Shown: positions 50,009 through 60,407 of the stretch, piece by piece
Layout of the letters: every line of letters begins with the position of its first letter
How positions within the stretch are numbered: position 1 is the stretch's first letter
Source of the DNA: Dehalococcoidia bacterium
GTDB taxonomy: Bacteria > Chloroflexota > Dehalococcoidia > Plut-88900
Length of the DNA: 64,000 bases
Reading direction: 5' to 3'
Assembly: GCA_965249275.1 (NCBI GenBank)
Contig: CBDFLQ010000005.1
Span: forward strand, 576,001 to 640,000
Notes under the pieces: model-generated
The model's database searches: none
What the model saw: only the letters and a program-made list of their open reading frames with translations
What the model was told of the DNA's origin: nothing
Position numbers and translations under genes: made by a program

Positions 50009-51043
50009 CTATTGGGAGAAGCGGGGAATGATATGCTCGCCGACCTTGCGGAACATGCCTATCTTATCGATGAGGGTGTAGGCGGTCATGGAGATGGTCT
50101 TTATCCCCAACTCGCCCAGTATCTCGATCCTTTCGCACATCTCGGAGGGGGTACCGGAGATGTGGTAGAAGTCGATGAGGCGCTGGGTTACGACGTGGGA
50201 ATGGGGAGCATCGACCCTCTCGGCGACGTCCGGGTCCAGGGCCTGGGCGAAGGTGCGGGAGTCGTTGATCAGGGCCTGGACGGAGCCGGGTTCGTTGGCT
50301 TCGAGGGCTTCCCGCAACTCGGCTACGTCAGCATCGTCCCTTTCGAGCATGTCGCAGAGGTCTGCGTAGCTGGAGGGGTAGGCGGAGGTCTCGCGTCGGG
50401 CGGCCTCTTTGGAGTCGGCGACGTAGAGCATGGTGCGGGCCCACGTGTCTATCTTGGAAAAGTCCCGGCCGGCCCTTTCCGCTCCCTTGCGCAGCTGATT
50501 AAGCTCCCATTCGACGTACACGGGATCGGTGCAGAGGGAGATCAGTCCGTCGGCGATTTCGCCGGCAAGCTGCATGGTCCTGGGCCCGTGGGCCGAGAGG
50601 TAGATGGGCAGTGGTTCGCCGATCCAGAAGGAGCGCATCTTCACGCCCTGAAACTCGGCTTCCTCACCGGCCATGAACTTTCGCATGAAGTGGACGGCCT
50701 CCCGCATGACGGCGTGGGTGACCTTCTTTCGGTTCTTCACGATGGGATTGCCCGTACCCAGACCAATGAACGCCCGCCCATCCGACAACTCGTTGATGGT
50801 GGCCGTCATATTGGCGATGACCGAGGGGTGGATGGTCACCGGGTCCACGACCCCGTGCCCTATCTTGATCCGGTTCGTGGCCTGAGCGGCCAGAGTCATC
50901 ATTATGTGGACGTCTCGGGACCTGATCGGGGAGTCGACCAGCGTGAGGTAGGTGAACCCGCTGTCCTCTACCACCTTGGCATGCTCCCCCACGTTTCTTG
51001 TGGTGAGGGTACCCCCCATCCCGACGCCGAAGTGCATCTTCAC
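50009..51043 (-). CDS. LLM-class oxidoreductase (Mer-like, possibly F420-dependent)
   Basis: E..GF, AT.RI.IG.GV..P...HP, ELS.GR...GLG.G, A.GPR...LAGEIADG. Confidence 0.88.
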   Translation of the reverse strand: MKMHFGVGMGGTLTTRNVGEHAKVVEDSGFTYLTLVDSPIRSRDVHIMMTLAAQATNRIKIGHGVVDPVTIHPSVIANMTATINELSDGRAFIGLGTGNPIVKNRKKVTHAVMREAVHFMRKFMAGEEAEFQGVKMRSFWIGEPLPIYLSAHGPRTMQLAGEIADGLISLCTDPVYVEWELNQLRKGAERAGRDFSKIDTWARTMLYVADSKEAARRETSAYPSSYADLCDMLERDDADVAELREALEANEPGSVQALINDSRTFAQALDPDVAERVDAPHSHVVTQRLIDFYHISGTPSEMCERIEILGELGIKTISMTAYTLIDKIGMFRKVGEHIIPRFSQ

Positions 51044-51052
51044 GGCAAGCTC

Positions 51053-51949
51053 CTAGCCCCGCGCCTCGACTCCGGCAAGCTTTTCCAGGACCTTGACGTA
51101 GGCCTGCGTACCCTCGTTGCCGTAGCCGTCGTTTTGGAGGACGTTGTAAAACTGCTGGATAAGACCGGTTAGCGGCAGGGGAAGCTGCATTTCCCGGCCT
51201 GCCTCGCTGATCAGGCGGAGGTCTTTGTGCATGAGCTTGACCATGAACCCGGGGTCGAAGTCTCTTTTGAGAACGCGTGAGCCCAGGTTCTGGAGCTGCC
51301 ATGAGCCTGCCGCCCCACCGGCTACGGCTTCGAACACGGGGCCAAGGTCTATGCCGGCCTTCGCCCCAAACACCAGTCCCTCGCAGACTGCCGCCAGCGT
51401 TCCACCGACGATAATCTGGTTCACCAGCTTGGTCACCTGACCCATGCCGTTGGCACCGGTGTAGATGATTGTTTTGCCCATAGCTTCGAATACGGGCATA
51501 CAGCGGTCGAAGACCGGCTTTTCTCCTCCGACCATTATGGACAGGGTGCCCTGGATAGCGCCCCAGGACCCGCCGCTGACCGGGGCATCAAGCATGCTGA
51601 CGCCCTTCCCGCCCAGGGCCTTGGCGATATCCTGGGTGATCTGAGGCGATATGGAGCTCATATCGATGACGACGGAGCCCTCGGCGGCGGCTTCTATGAC
51701 TCCGCCCGACCCGAGGATGACCTCCTCAACGTCCGGGGAATCGCTGACCATGGTTATAGTGACGTCGCTATTCCGTGCGACGTCGGCTGGGGAGTCGGCT
51801 ACGGTGGCGCCCATCTCTCCCAGTTCCTCGGCCTTGCTCCGGGTCCTGTTGTAGACAGTGAGGGGGAAACCCGCCTTGAGGATGTTGGAGGCCTGGGCCT
51901 TCCCCATAATCCCCAGGCCGACGAATCCGACCCGGTCTTGCTTCGCCAT
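51053..51949 (-). CDS. Beta-hydroxyacid dehydrogenase (2-hydroxy-3-oxopropionate reductase-like)
   Basis: GFVGLGIMG, IDMSSISP, LDAPVSGG, KLVNQ, KDL. Confidence 0.9.
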   Translation of the reverse strand: MAKQDRVGFVGLGIMGKAQASNILKAGFPLTVYNRTRSKAEELGEMGATVADSPADVARNSDVTITMVSDSPDVEEVILGSGGVIEAAAEGSVVIDMSSISPQITQDIAKALGGKGVSMLDAPVSGGSWGAIQGTLSIMVGGEKPVFDRCMPVFEAMGKTIIYTGANGMGQVTKLVNQIIVGGTLAAVCEGLVFGAKAGIDLGPVFEAVAGGAAGSWQLQNLGSRVLKRDFDPGFMVKLMHKDLRLISEAGREMQLPLPLTGLIQQFYNVLQNDGYGNEGTQAYVKVLEKLAGVEARG

Positions 51950-51972
51950 CGATTCCTCCTTGTGTGGGCCGG

Positions 51973-53310
51973 TCACTGGATTTCGGGGTCGAAGTCCATG
52001 CCTATGTGGCCCTCGGCCTCAAGCTCGGCGTATTCCCGGTCCGAGACCTTTAATATTTCTTTGTAGACGTATTCATTGTGCTCCCCGAGACGGCACGGAG
52101 GGTTTCGGACCACGGGCGGGGTGCGGGACATGTTGAAGATGAAGCCGGGGTAGTTGTGGGTGCCCGCCTCCGGGTGAGTAATCCTGTTGAAGAAGTCCCG
52201 TTCCTTCACGTGGGGATCGGAGTGTGCGTCTCCGGCGTGCATGACAGGGCCCGCGGGCACACCGCAACTTTGGAGCAGATGGAATGCCTCGTATTTGTCG
52301 TGCTGGACAGTCCACCGGGACAATTCCTCTTCGAGTTGGTCCGCGTTCTTCCAGCGGGAGTACTGGTCGGAGTAGCGTTCCTCCTGGCACCAGTCGGGAT
52401 TGCCCATAGCCTCGCACAAGCCGCGCCATTCGGAGTCGGTGGAGACGGTAATGTTGATCCAGCAGTTTTCGCCTTTAGCCGGGAACGCGCCGCACGGGGC
52501 CGAGCCGAAGTGATTCCTGTTCCCCTGAGTTCCCTGGAGCCGACCGTTCAGCGTGTAGTCCATCACTGCCTCTGCGAGGAAGGACACCGCATTCTCGGCT
52601 TGGGACAACTCGATGAACTGGCCCTTGCCAGTTCGCTTCCGGTAGTGTAGAGCGGCCATAACGGCGAAGGCGCCCTGGACACCCGCGGCGTAGTCGCCCA
52701 TATAGATGGCGCTGTTGGTTGAGGGGTCGGAGTCCCGGTATCCCCGGATGAGCGAGTGTCCTATCACCGATTCCAGGTGCACGCCCAGTGCACGGTAGTT
52801 CCGGTAGGGTCCGACGCTGCCGTAGGCGGGCACTCGGACCATGATGATGTCGGGGCGGATAGCCTTGAGCATGTCGTAGCTGATATTCAGCTTATCCATG
52901 GTCTCGGTGACGTTGTTCTCGTAGAAAATATCGCACTCTTTTATGAGGCGTTCGAGCATCTCCCTGCCCCTGGGCTGCTTGAGGTCGATGGTCACGCTCT
53001 TCTTGTTGCGGAACAGGTTGTTGAATCCGGGGCAGCGGTTCCAGGGTCGGGGGCCGGGATCGTTGTCGGGATAGCCACCCAGCATGGGCAGGAGATTAGG
53101 GACAGCCTCCTTTGGGGGCCTGGCTACGAAGCCCCGCGTCATCGGCTGCCAGTGGTGAATGTTTTCGACCTTGATGACCTCGGCACCGAGGTCGGCGAGG
53201 ATCTGGGTGGCGAATGGGCCGGCCCATACGACGCAGAAATCGAGTATACGGATGCCTTCCAGTGGCAGCCTGGACGCACTCTTCACCTTTCCATTGACCT
53301 TAGATGCCAT
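51973..53310 (-). CDS. Family III CoA-transferase, subunit with catalytic Asp
   Basis: WAGP...LADLGAEVIKVE, RNKKS, YMGDYAAG, P.LGEHN. Confidence 0.92.
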   Translation of the reverse strand: MASKVNGKVKSASRLPLEGIRILDFCVVWAGPFATQILADLGAEVIKVENIHHWQPMTRGFVARPPKEAVPNLLPMLGGYPDNDPGPRPWNRCPGFNNLFRNKKSVTIDLKQPRGREMLERLIKECDIFYENNVTETMDKLNISYDMLKAIRPDIIMVRVPAYGSVGPYRNYRALGVHLESVIGHSLIRGYRDSDPSTNSAIYMGDYAAGVQGAFAVMAALHYRKRTGKGQFIELSQAENAVSFLAEAVMDYTLNGRLQGTQGNRNHFGSAPCGAFPAKGENCWINITVSTDSEWRGLCEAMGNPDWCQEERYSDQYSRWKNADQLEEELSRWTVQHDKYEAFHLLQSCGVPAGPVMHAGDAHSDPHVKERDFFNRITHPEAGTHNYPGFIFNMSRTPPVVRNPPCRLGEHNEYVYKEILKVSDREYAELEAEGHIGMDFDPEIQ

Positions 53311-53313
53311 TGG

Positions 53314-54528
53314 TTAGATAACGCCCCTCTCCCGGAGCCTTGTCAGGTCATCCCTGCTGTAGCCCAGGTGCCCGTACACCTCTTCCAGGTGCTGGCCAAG
53401 CTCAGGGGCGGGACGTCTCATCTGGCGCGGGGTCTCTGCCATCCTGGTCGGAGCGCCCGGATAGGAGATGGGGCCCGTGTGGGGGTGGTCGAGCGTGGTC
53501 CAGAAAGCCCTGCCGGTAAACTGGGGGTCGTGAAGCAGGTCACTCATGGAGTAAAGGGGGCCGCAGAGGACTCGGGCTTTCTGCCCCTCCTCCCATATCT
53601 CGCGCTTGGTGCGCCCCATAAGCCAAGGAATGAAGAACTCGTTGAGCTCTTCCTGGAGCTCGGGGTCGGCGCCCGCGCCGGGCTCCAGCCACTTGGGGTC
53701 TTGCAGGAACTCGGGGTTGCCCAGCATCTTGACGACTCTGGGGAAGAGGTGCCCTCCGCCGGCCATCTCGATATAGCCGTCCTTGCAAGGCAGGGTGCCG
53801 GAGGCAAAGGCGGGTCCGGCCCAGCCGGCCTGCTGCGTGCTAATCCGCCCCGAATAGGCGTAGGCCATCAGTGCAGCGTGACGGCGGTCCACTCCCCCGA
53901 GCTGGGTCTCAAATATCGAGATATCCAGGTGCTGCCCCTCATCGTCGCGGTCGGCGGCCCAGAGAGCGCCCATAGTGGCGGCGGCTGCCGTGGCCCCGGC
54001 TTCGTACTGGGTTACGTTGCCGCCCTGCTTGAGGGGTTCGCGGCCCTCCATGCCAATGGAGTGCATCTCGCCACCCATGCCGAAGAGGACCAGCTCGGAG
54101 GCCTTGTAGTCGCGGTAGGGCCCCGATTCACCGAAGTTGCTTATGGACGTCATGACGAGACGGGGATTGATTTCAGAAAGAGCATCATAGCCCAGGCCCC
54201 AGGCGTCCATTACACCGGGAGCGTAGTTCTCGACCAGGATGTCGGCTTCCTTGACCAGCTCGTGGAGGATGAAGCGGCCTGACGTCACTTTCAGGTTTAG
54301 GGTGACGCTCCTCTTGTTGGTGTTGAGGTGGAGGAAGAGACCGCTCTTTTCGTGGTGAGGGTCGTCTTCGTAGAAGGGGCCGAGACGCCGGGCCGGGTCT
54401 CCGCCGTCGGGCCTTTCGACCTTGATGACGTCTGCGCCGTAGTCGGCCATGAGCTTGGTGCAGAAAGGCCCTGCAATGTACTGGGTTAGGTCGAGGACCT
54501 TTACACCTTCAAGCGCTTGGTCAAACAT
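53314..54528 (-). CDS. Family III CoA-transferase, subunit lacking catalytic Asp
   Basis: IAGP.C....ADYGADVIKVE, NKRSVTL, NFG..GPY; VTQYEAG at the Asp position. Confidence 0.92.
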   Translation of the reverse strand: MFDQALEGVKVLDLTQYIAGPFCTKLMADYGADVIKVERPDGGDPARRLGPFYEDDPHHEKSGLFLHLNTNKRSVTLNLKVTSGRFILHELVKEADILVENYAPGVMDAWGLGYDALSEINPRLVMTSISNFGESGPYRDYKASELVLFGMGGEMHSIGMEGREPLKQGGNVTQYEAGATAAAATMGALWAADRDDEGQHLDISIFETQLGGVDRRHAALMAYAYSGRISTQQAGWAGPAFASGTLPCKDGYIEMAGGGHLFPRVVKMLGNPEFLQDPKWLEPGAGADPELQEELNEFFIPWLMGRTKREIWEEGQKARVLCGPLYSMSDLLHDPQFTGRAFWTTLDHPHTGPISYPGAPTRMAETPRQMRRPAPELGQHLEEVYGHLGYSRDDLTRLRERGVI

Positions 54529-54646
54529 AATTCGCTTCTCGAAAGGAGCCGGTTATCCTGCCGGTCAGGGAGTGTTTGATTAACTAGTCGACAGCGGGTT
54601 TGAGTGGCTGGCGGCCCCGAATTTCAGGCCTCTCGTCAGCGTGGAC

Positions 54647-54705
54647 AATCTTAGCCACGAGGTAAGGGGGCTGTCAACGAAAGCATGTCATAGTCGTGCT
54701 ATAAT
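54647..54705. promoter_or_regulatory. Divergent promoters
   Basis: Minus strand TTGACA-18-TAAGAT; plus strand extended -10 TGcTATAAT (54697-54705). Confidence 0.6.
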
Positions 54706-54752
54706 CAGCCCCCTAATCCCGGCAGCGGCGCCGATGCGTCAAGGTGGACCTC

Positions 54753-56054
54753 ATGCACCTGGAACTGGCCTCCTACGATGTCAAGGACGTTGTCTTTTCA
54801 GATGAGGACGGCCTCGTAAAAGGCGTCCTCCACGTGGACAAGGCCGCTCTCCTAGACCACCTTTCCAAGGTCTCGCCGTTTGAGGCTATCGAACTCGACA
54901 TAGCCAGACCCGGCGAATCCGTACGGATTATTCATACGTTGGACGTGGTGGAGCCGAGGGCCAAGGCCCCGGGAGCCGGCCGTGTATTTCCCGGACTCCT
55001 GGGCCCGCCATTGGGCGCGGGTGAAGGGAGAACGCTCCGCCTAAATGGGGTTGCAGTGGTCGGGGTGGCGGAGCCCTTCGCCGGAGAGGACCACTGGGCC
55101 TTCCGGGAAGGGGTCATCGAGATGTCGGGGCTGGGGGCCGAGCTGTGCCCGTTTTCCAAGACCGTCAATCTTGTGGTGAAGTTTGTGCAGGAGCAGTCGG
55201 GGGAGGGGGTGCGGGAGAAGGAGAACTTCCAGGTTGATGCCTGGGACGACGAGGGAGAGCGTGCCATTGAGGCTACGAGGCTTCTAACAGTCCGAGCTGC
55301 CGAATATCTGGCCCGGGCAGCGCACGAGGCTGCACCGGACAATGTAACTTCCTATGACCTCACTCCTGCAAAGGAAGACCTGCCGAAAGTCGTATACATC
55401 CACCACAACGTCGGATCGTCCCTTTACGGTTGGTCTGACTACTCCTCCGACCACGCCATGCTTCTTCATCCCAACGAGATAATGGACGGCGTACTGGTAC
55501 TGTCCGACCGTTTTGTGGAGCCGGCGATCCGGGATTGCACCTACTTCCACCAGAACAACTCGATAATTGAGGAGTTGTATAGTCGGCACGGGAAAGACCT
55601 GAACTTCGCGGGAGTAGTCTTCTTCACTGGGCACTCGGCGACATTGGAGGACAAGGAGCGTGAGAGCGACAGCGCGGTGAAGCTGGCCAACGCGGTCGGG
55701 GCGGATGTAGCGATCGTATCTCCGTTCAGGAGCGGTCACAGTGGGGTGGCCTTCATGATGGTGTGTCAGAAGTGTGAACGGTCCGGGATAAATGTGGCCG
55801 TGGGAGTGTCGCAGCTGGTGGCAGGGGCGGGGGAGCCGGGGTTGAACCACTGGGTGCCGGAGGCGGATGCGATGGTGGTGTCGGGGAATGACAGGGAGAC
55901 GATGAAGCTGCCGGCGGTGGAAAGGGTTATAGGGGGCACGGAGCTTCTGAACGGCCTGGGAAGGGCCGATGCTGAGGTGGAGATAGAGGTGCGAAATCTG
56001 TACGGGCTCTCGGCGCCGATGGGGCCGACGCGTTTGTCGGCGGGGCTCTACTAG
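54753..56054 (+). CDS. Glycine/sarcosine/betaine reductase component B proprotein-like (GrdE-like)
   Basis: M.LEL, ARPGESVRI...DVVEPR.K, FPG, G.GRT..L.G, MSG.GA, HPNE.MDG, TY.HQN, LY.RHG.DLNF, PEADA. Confidence 0.85.
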   Translation: MHLELASYDVKDVVFSDEDGLVKGVLHVDKAALLDHLSKVSPFEAIELDIARPGESVRIIHTLDVVEPRAKAPGAGRVFPGLLGPPLGAGEGRTLRLNGVAVVGVAEPFAGEDHWAFREGVIEMSGLGAELCPFSKTVNLVVKFVQEQSGEGVREKENFQVDAWDDEGERAIEATRLLTVRAAEYLARAAHEAAPDNVTSYDLTPAKEDLPKVVYIHHNVGSSLYGWSDYSSDHAMLLHPNEIMDGVLVLSDRFVEPAIRDCTYFHQNNSIIEELYSRHGKDLNFAGVVFFTGHSATLEDKERESDSAVKLANAVGADVAIVSPFRSGHSGVAFMMVCQKCERSGINVAVGVSQLVAGAGEPGLNHWVPEADAMVVSGNDRETMKLPAVERVIGGTELLNGLGRADAEVEIEVRNLYGLSAPMGPTRLSAGLY

Positions 56055-56068
56055 ACGAAGGGGACGAA

Positions 56069-57376
56069 ATGCGGCTTGAACTGGCGTCCTTCCAAGTCCA
56101 CGACGTGGAAATCTCCTCGGAGACGCGTCTTTCGGGGAAAACGCTGTACGTCAACGAGATGGAACTGAAAGAGCATCTGCTCCCCGACCCGTATATCGAG
56201 GACATCCGGATGGAGGTGGCGAGGCCGGGGGAGAGCACCCGGATAGTGCATGCCGTGGACGTGGTGGAGCCGAGGGACAAGGCGTCGGGGCCGGGGACGG
56301 TGTTTCCGGGGCGGCTCGGGTCACCGACTCAGGTGGGAAGCGGCACGACGAACAGATTGGCAGGGATGACAGTAATCGGGACGGCGGAGCCTTTCGTTGG
56401 AGAGGAGTACTGGTATGCGCGGGAGGCGATCATCGACATGTCCGGGCCTGGGGCGGAGTTCTCACCCTTCTCCCAGACGGTAAACCTGGTGCTGCACTTC
56501 ATACCGAAAGCGGGGGGCGATGAGCTCGATCCGGCGAGGCGAAAGCAGTTCATAGTCGACACCCGGACCCGTGATGCCGAGTTTAGAATGAAGGCCACGC
56601 GGCAGCTGTGCCTAAAAGCGGCCAAGTTCCTCGCCGGGAAGGTGAGGGGCATGACGCCCGATCACACACAAACCTACGAGCTCGGGCCGGTGGACCCGGA
56701 GCTGCCGGGAGTCGTCTACCTGTGCAAGAGCCTGGCTGCCAGTTTCTACGGCTCCTTCACGACGACCCGGAACTGGGTAATGCCTATGCACCCGAACGAG
56801 TTGATGGACGGGGCTGTGTTGAACTTCGGGTTCCTGATTGCAGCCAACTTCCGCGACTGCACATACTCATACCAGCAAAACACCATAGTGGAAGAGCTTT
56901 ATTCGCGGCACGGCGTCGACCTAAACTTCCTCGGCGTCCTCTTCTACTCCGCTTTTCCGTACACGCTTGAAAACAAGGAGCTGGAGGCGGGGAGCGTGGT
57001 ACGTACGGCGAAGATGCTGGGGGCGGATGCGGCGATCATCGCACCTCTCAGCGACGGCCATCCCAGCGTCGAGACGATGATGATCTGCCAGATGTGTGAA
57101 GAGGCGGGGATCAGCACGGCAATCGGGGCGGGGGAGATGACGGTAGGGGAGGGAGACCCGGGCTTTACGCACTGGGCCCCCGAGGCCGACGCCCTGGTGA
57201 TTGCAGGGGACAGCCACAACAAGGTGAAACTTCCCGCCATGGACAGGGTGATAGGCGGGAGCCGGGTGCTGCACGGGGACCAGGAGGCATCGGGGGAGAT
57301 AGAGGTCGAGGCCCGGCAGATGTACGGGGCCAGCAACCCGGGTGGTGCGACCAAACTTATGGGTCGGCTGTATTAG
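56069..57376 (+). CDS. Glycine/sarcosine/betaine reductase component B proprotein-like (GrdE-like), second copy
   Basis: MRLEL, ARPGES.RI, IDMSGPGAE.SPFS, HPNELMDGA, LY.RHG.DLNF.GV, LGAD, PEADA, LP.MDRVIG. Confidence 0.87.
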   Translation: MRLELASFQVHDVEISSETRLSGKTLYVNEMELKEHLLPDPYIEDIRMEVARPGESTRIVHAVDVVEPRDKASGPGTVFPGRLGSPTQVGSGTTNRLAGMTVIGTAEPFVGEEYWYAREAIIDMSGPGAEFSPFSQTVNLVLHFIPKAGGDELDPARRKQFIVDTRTRDAEFRMKATRQLCLKAAKFLAGKVRGMTPDHTQTYELGPVDPELPGVVYLCKSLAASFYGSFTTTRNWVMPMHPNELMDGAVLNFGFLIAANFRDCTYSYQQNTIVEELYSRHGVDLNFLGVLFYSAFPYTLENKELEAGSVVRTAKMLGADAAIIAPLSDGHPSVETMMICQMCEEAGISTAIGAGEMTVGEGDPGFTHWAPEADALVIAGDSHNKVKLPAMDRVIGGSRVLHGDQEASGEIEVEARQMYGASNPGGATKLMGRLY

Positions 57377-57391
57377 CCGTCCTACCTCCCG

Positions 57392-58612
57392 GTGAAGGCA
57401 AAGTTGTCAAACGCCCACACTCCTCTATACGACCTGCGTGTCCTGGACCTATCCAGCAATCTGCCGGGGGCGTACTGCGCCCGATCCCTCTGTGCATATG
57501 GGGCCGACGTGATTCACATGGAGACGCCCGGTACAGGCAATACCCTTAGGGGCATCGGCCCGTTCTACAGGGACATTCCACATCCTGAGCGGGGCGTATT
57601 GCACAATCACGTGAACTGCGGCAAACGCAGCGTGACGCTGGACTTGGAGTCGGGGGCGGGGCGGAGGATGATGCTCGGCCTTACGAAGGACGCTGATGTC
57701 ATTATCGAGGACTGGGGCCCCGGAGCGATTGAAGCCCGGGGCCTGGGCTACGAGACCCTGGGCGAAGTTAACCCTGATCTGGTTATGGTCTCCCTCAGTA
57801 ACTTTGGACGCACGGGTCCTTACAAATACTACAAAGCATCTGAACTTATATCATCCGGCCTATCAGGGCCTCTGTACATCAACGGCGCCCTGGATAGGGA
57901 ACCGGTCAAAGCAGGTGGCAGGATAGTCCAATTTCAGGCGGGTGTTGTAGCAGCCCTCCTGACAATGGTGGCCGTCCGCTCGCGGGACCGATCGGGAGTT
58001 GGCAGCCGTGTTGATCTTTCTACTATGGAGACCCAGGCCGGCACCGCCGACCGCTGGGTGCCGGTCCTGCTCCACTACGCCTACACCGGCCAGATAGCGG
58101 AGCGAACGCGGGGAATAGTACTTGCCGGGGCCGGAGTGGTACCGACCCTGGACGGATATGCCAACACCCTTAATCCAACCACCCCCAGTCGGCTGAAGAA
58201 AATCATGACCATGGTAGGCAAACCCGACCTTGTAGAAAACCAGGAGTTTGCCGACCCGGAGCAACGGCTCGCCATGGTAAATGAAGAGTTCCTTCTATGG
58301 GCGCTTCAGCATTCCACCGATGAGATCGTCTACGCGGGATTGCGACACGGGGTGATGATCGGGCCCGTCCACACGCACGAGTCGCTCCATCAGGACGCAC
58401 ATATGCTGGTCCGACGTCCGTGGATTGAGGTGGAGCATCCCGAAATGGGGGTACAACCTTTTCCCCTCAGACCGGCGCAGCTATCCACTACGCCGATTCA
58501 GGTCTCGAGGCCCGCTCCTTGGCTGGGGGAGCACAACCGGGACGTGTACCGCGGAGAGCTGGGATACAGTAAAGCGGAGCTGGCAAGGCTGGGGCGGATG
58601 GGGGTGGTGTAG
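57392..58612 (+). CDS. Family III CoA-transferase, subunit lacking catalytic Asp
   Basis: YGADVI, KRSVTLDL, NFG.TGPY; IVQFQAG at the Asp position; APWLGEHN. Confidence 0.9.
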   Translation: MKAKLSNAHTPLYDLRVLDLSSNLPGAYCARSLCAYGADVIHMETPGTGNTLRGIGPFYRDIPHPERGVLHNHVNCGKRSVTLDLESGAGRRMMLGLTKDADVIIEDWGPGAIEARGLGYETLGEVNPDLVMVSLSNFGRTGPYKYYKASELISSGLSGPLYINGALDREPVKAGGRIVQFQAGVVAALLTMVAVRSRDRSGVGSRVDLSTMETQAGTADRWVPVLLHYAYTGQIAERTRGIVLAGAGVVPTLDGYANTLNPTTPSRLKKIMTMVGKPDLVENQEFADPEQRLAMVNEEFLLWALQHSTDEIVYAGLRHGVMIGPVHTHESLHQDAHMLVRRPWIEVEHPEMGVQPFPLRPAQLSTTPIQVSRPAPWLGEHNRDVYRGELGYSKAELARLGRMGVV

Positions 58613-58659
58613 ACTACTTATCTTGTAGAATTTCTTGTGTCACTGCCGCACTTTTCACT

Positions 58660-59265
58660 ATGCCAATTATTCGAAATAGAGTAGAGGCAAGCAGATTCAA
58701 CGACCTGCTAGCCTTGCCTTATGAATTGCGTCTGCAAGACTTCGAACTTGCAATGCAGGACGTGTACGACTTCTTCTTCGACGTGAACGCTCATCTCACC
58801 GGGAAGGGCCTCCAAAGGTTGGACGATATGCTGCGGCCCGCAATAATGTCTGGTGTATTGTCGGATATGCTGACTGCCAGCTTGGCCAAGCACTCACGCG
58901 TCCTTACGGAAAATCGTTATCACAATGGACATCCGGATCTTGTAGTTCAAGGGGTGCACCCTACCAATGCGGTCAAGGCTGGAACACACGGGGTGGAAGT
59001 GAAGACAACACGTAAGGCCGGAGGCGCCGTAGACACCCATGGCGCTCGGAACCAGTGGTTATGTGTGTTTGTATATCAGGTGGATACGGAATCGGAGCCA
59101 GCTCTGGACCGGAGGCCCATGACTTTCACCGAAGTTTATCTTGGACACGTCACGGTTGACGACTTCCGAAAAAACCCGCGCGGCGAACTTGGCACACGAA
59201 CGGCAACACTACACAAGGATGGAATCCGGGGATTGCGGGAGAGATGGGTATATAAAGCAGGTTGA
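58660..59265 (+). CDS. Putative type II restriction endonuclease (PD-(D/E)xK)
   Basis: NRYHNGHPDL...GVEVK motif; convergent with a DNA methyltransferase. Confidence 0.7.
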   Translation: MPIIRNRVEASRFNDLLALPYELRLQDFELAMQDVYDFFFDVNAHLTGKGLQRLDDMLRPAIMSGVLSDMLTASLAKHSRVLTENRYHNGHPDLVVQGVHPTNAVKAGTHGVEVKTTRKAGGAVDTHGARNQWLCVFVYQVDTESEPALDRRPMTFTEVYLGHVTVDDFRKNPRGELGTRTATLHKDGIRGLRERWVYKAG

Positions 59266-59267
59266 GC

Positions 59268-60407
59268 CTAGTCCCAAGAGACCTGTGTAAGTTTCGGGAT
59301 TGAGCCACGGGCCATTTCGAAATATACCTCGTCTTTCTCCACGCCGATGCTGGAGTAGCCCACTGATTCCGCAGCAGCCAGAGTTGATCCTGCCCCTGCG
59401 AAAGTATCCAAGACGACCCCCTCTCCGAGAGGTAAGATCGAGCGTACCAGTTGTCTTAAGAAGGCCTGAGGCTTGAGGCTAGGGTGTGGAGCTAAGTCTC
59501 GCTCTGATTTCCTTGTTGGCGAAGAACGAATCACATCCCCGAATGGCCGGTCTCGGCAGGGGCGCCGAAATCCCCCGGCATTCCATCTCCGCAAATTATC
59601 CTGGACCCTGCCCTCCAAGGGTTTGCGACAAACGATCCAGGGTTCCCACATGGAACGAGGCATTACACTTACGTTGGGGAACTCGTCGTGAGCAGATTTC
59701 GGTCGGTCCCCTCCCCGTAAAGTCATTGTCAGCCGCACAATCTCTCCCCGGCGCTCGAAACCGGCATCCGCCAAAGCTGTCGACACCAAGTAAGAGACTA
59801 GAGGATTGGAAGCCACAACTACGTTTGCTCCCGGTACAAGCTTGGGTATGAGCAGCCGACCCCACACAAAGAAAAAGGCCCTGATTTGGTCAAGTTGTTC
59901 CGGAGTTAAAATAGTAAATCGAGGCAGGGGAGAACGAACATGGCCGTCAAAAGAAGGGGGGATGCGCCAGACGCCACCCTTTCCGGTCCGGAGCTTGGCC
60001 TGCTGTTCTCGAGTGTATTCGTGAAGACCATAAGGAGGATCTGTGACAACCGCATGTATGCTATTGTCATCTTGTTGGCCCAGCCAGTCGAAGCAGTCCG
60101 CGTGATAGAGAGTGGCCGCCCCGAAAGAAAATGGGGGACTCCATTCCCTTTCCAAACGCAGTTCTCTCTGGGTCCCGAGAGATGCCGCTGACCGGAGTGC
60201 GTATACCCCGCGTTCCTCCCGTATGAACCTCGTTGGTGTATTCAACCTCAGATAGGAGCGAACCGAGGAAGCTCGGGTAGGGCCAACCACCTGCGTCACT
60301 CGCCCTTCGATCTCCTTGACGGACAAGTGTTTCGAAGTGAGGGACATTACCTGGATTATGCCGTCCCTTACGCGTCCGGGTGCATATCTGCTTCGATTCT
60401 CTGTCAT
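59268..60407 (-). CDS. Beta-class N4/N6 DNA methyltransferase with N-terminal winged-helix-like extension
   Basis: TDPPY (motif IV) precedes HPSLKP and VLDTFAGAGST (motif I); about 90 extra N-terminal residues. Confidence 0.92.
   Translation of the reverse strand: MTENRSRYAPGRVRDGIIQVMSLTSKHLSVKEIEGRVTQVVGPTRASSVRSYLRLNTPTRFIREERGVYALRSAASLGTQRELRLEREWSPPFSFGAATLYHADCFDWLGQQDDNSIHAVVTDPPYGLHEYTREQQAKLRTGKGGVWRIPPSFDGHVRSPLPRFTILTPEQLDQIRAFFFVWGRLLIPKLVPGANVVVASNPLVSYLVSTALADAGFERRGEIVRLTMTLRGGDRPKSAHDEFPNVSVMPRSMWEPWIVCRKPLEGRVQDNLRRWNAGGFRRPCRDRPFGDVIRSSPTRKSERDLAPHPSLKPQAFLRQLVRSILPLGEGVVLDTFAGAGSTLAAAESVGYSSIGVEKDEVYFEMARGSIPKLTQVSWD

Noticed and set aside
54753-57376. Selenocysteine recoding or hidden grdA/grdB near the GrdE-like genes
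   Set aside because: Both ORFs end in TAG, intergenic gaps are about 15 bp, and no UGA-interrupted Grd-like frame was seen
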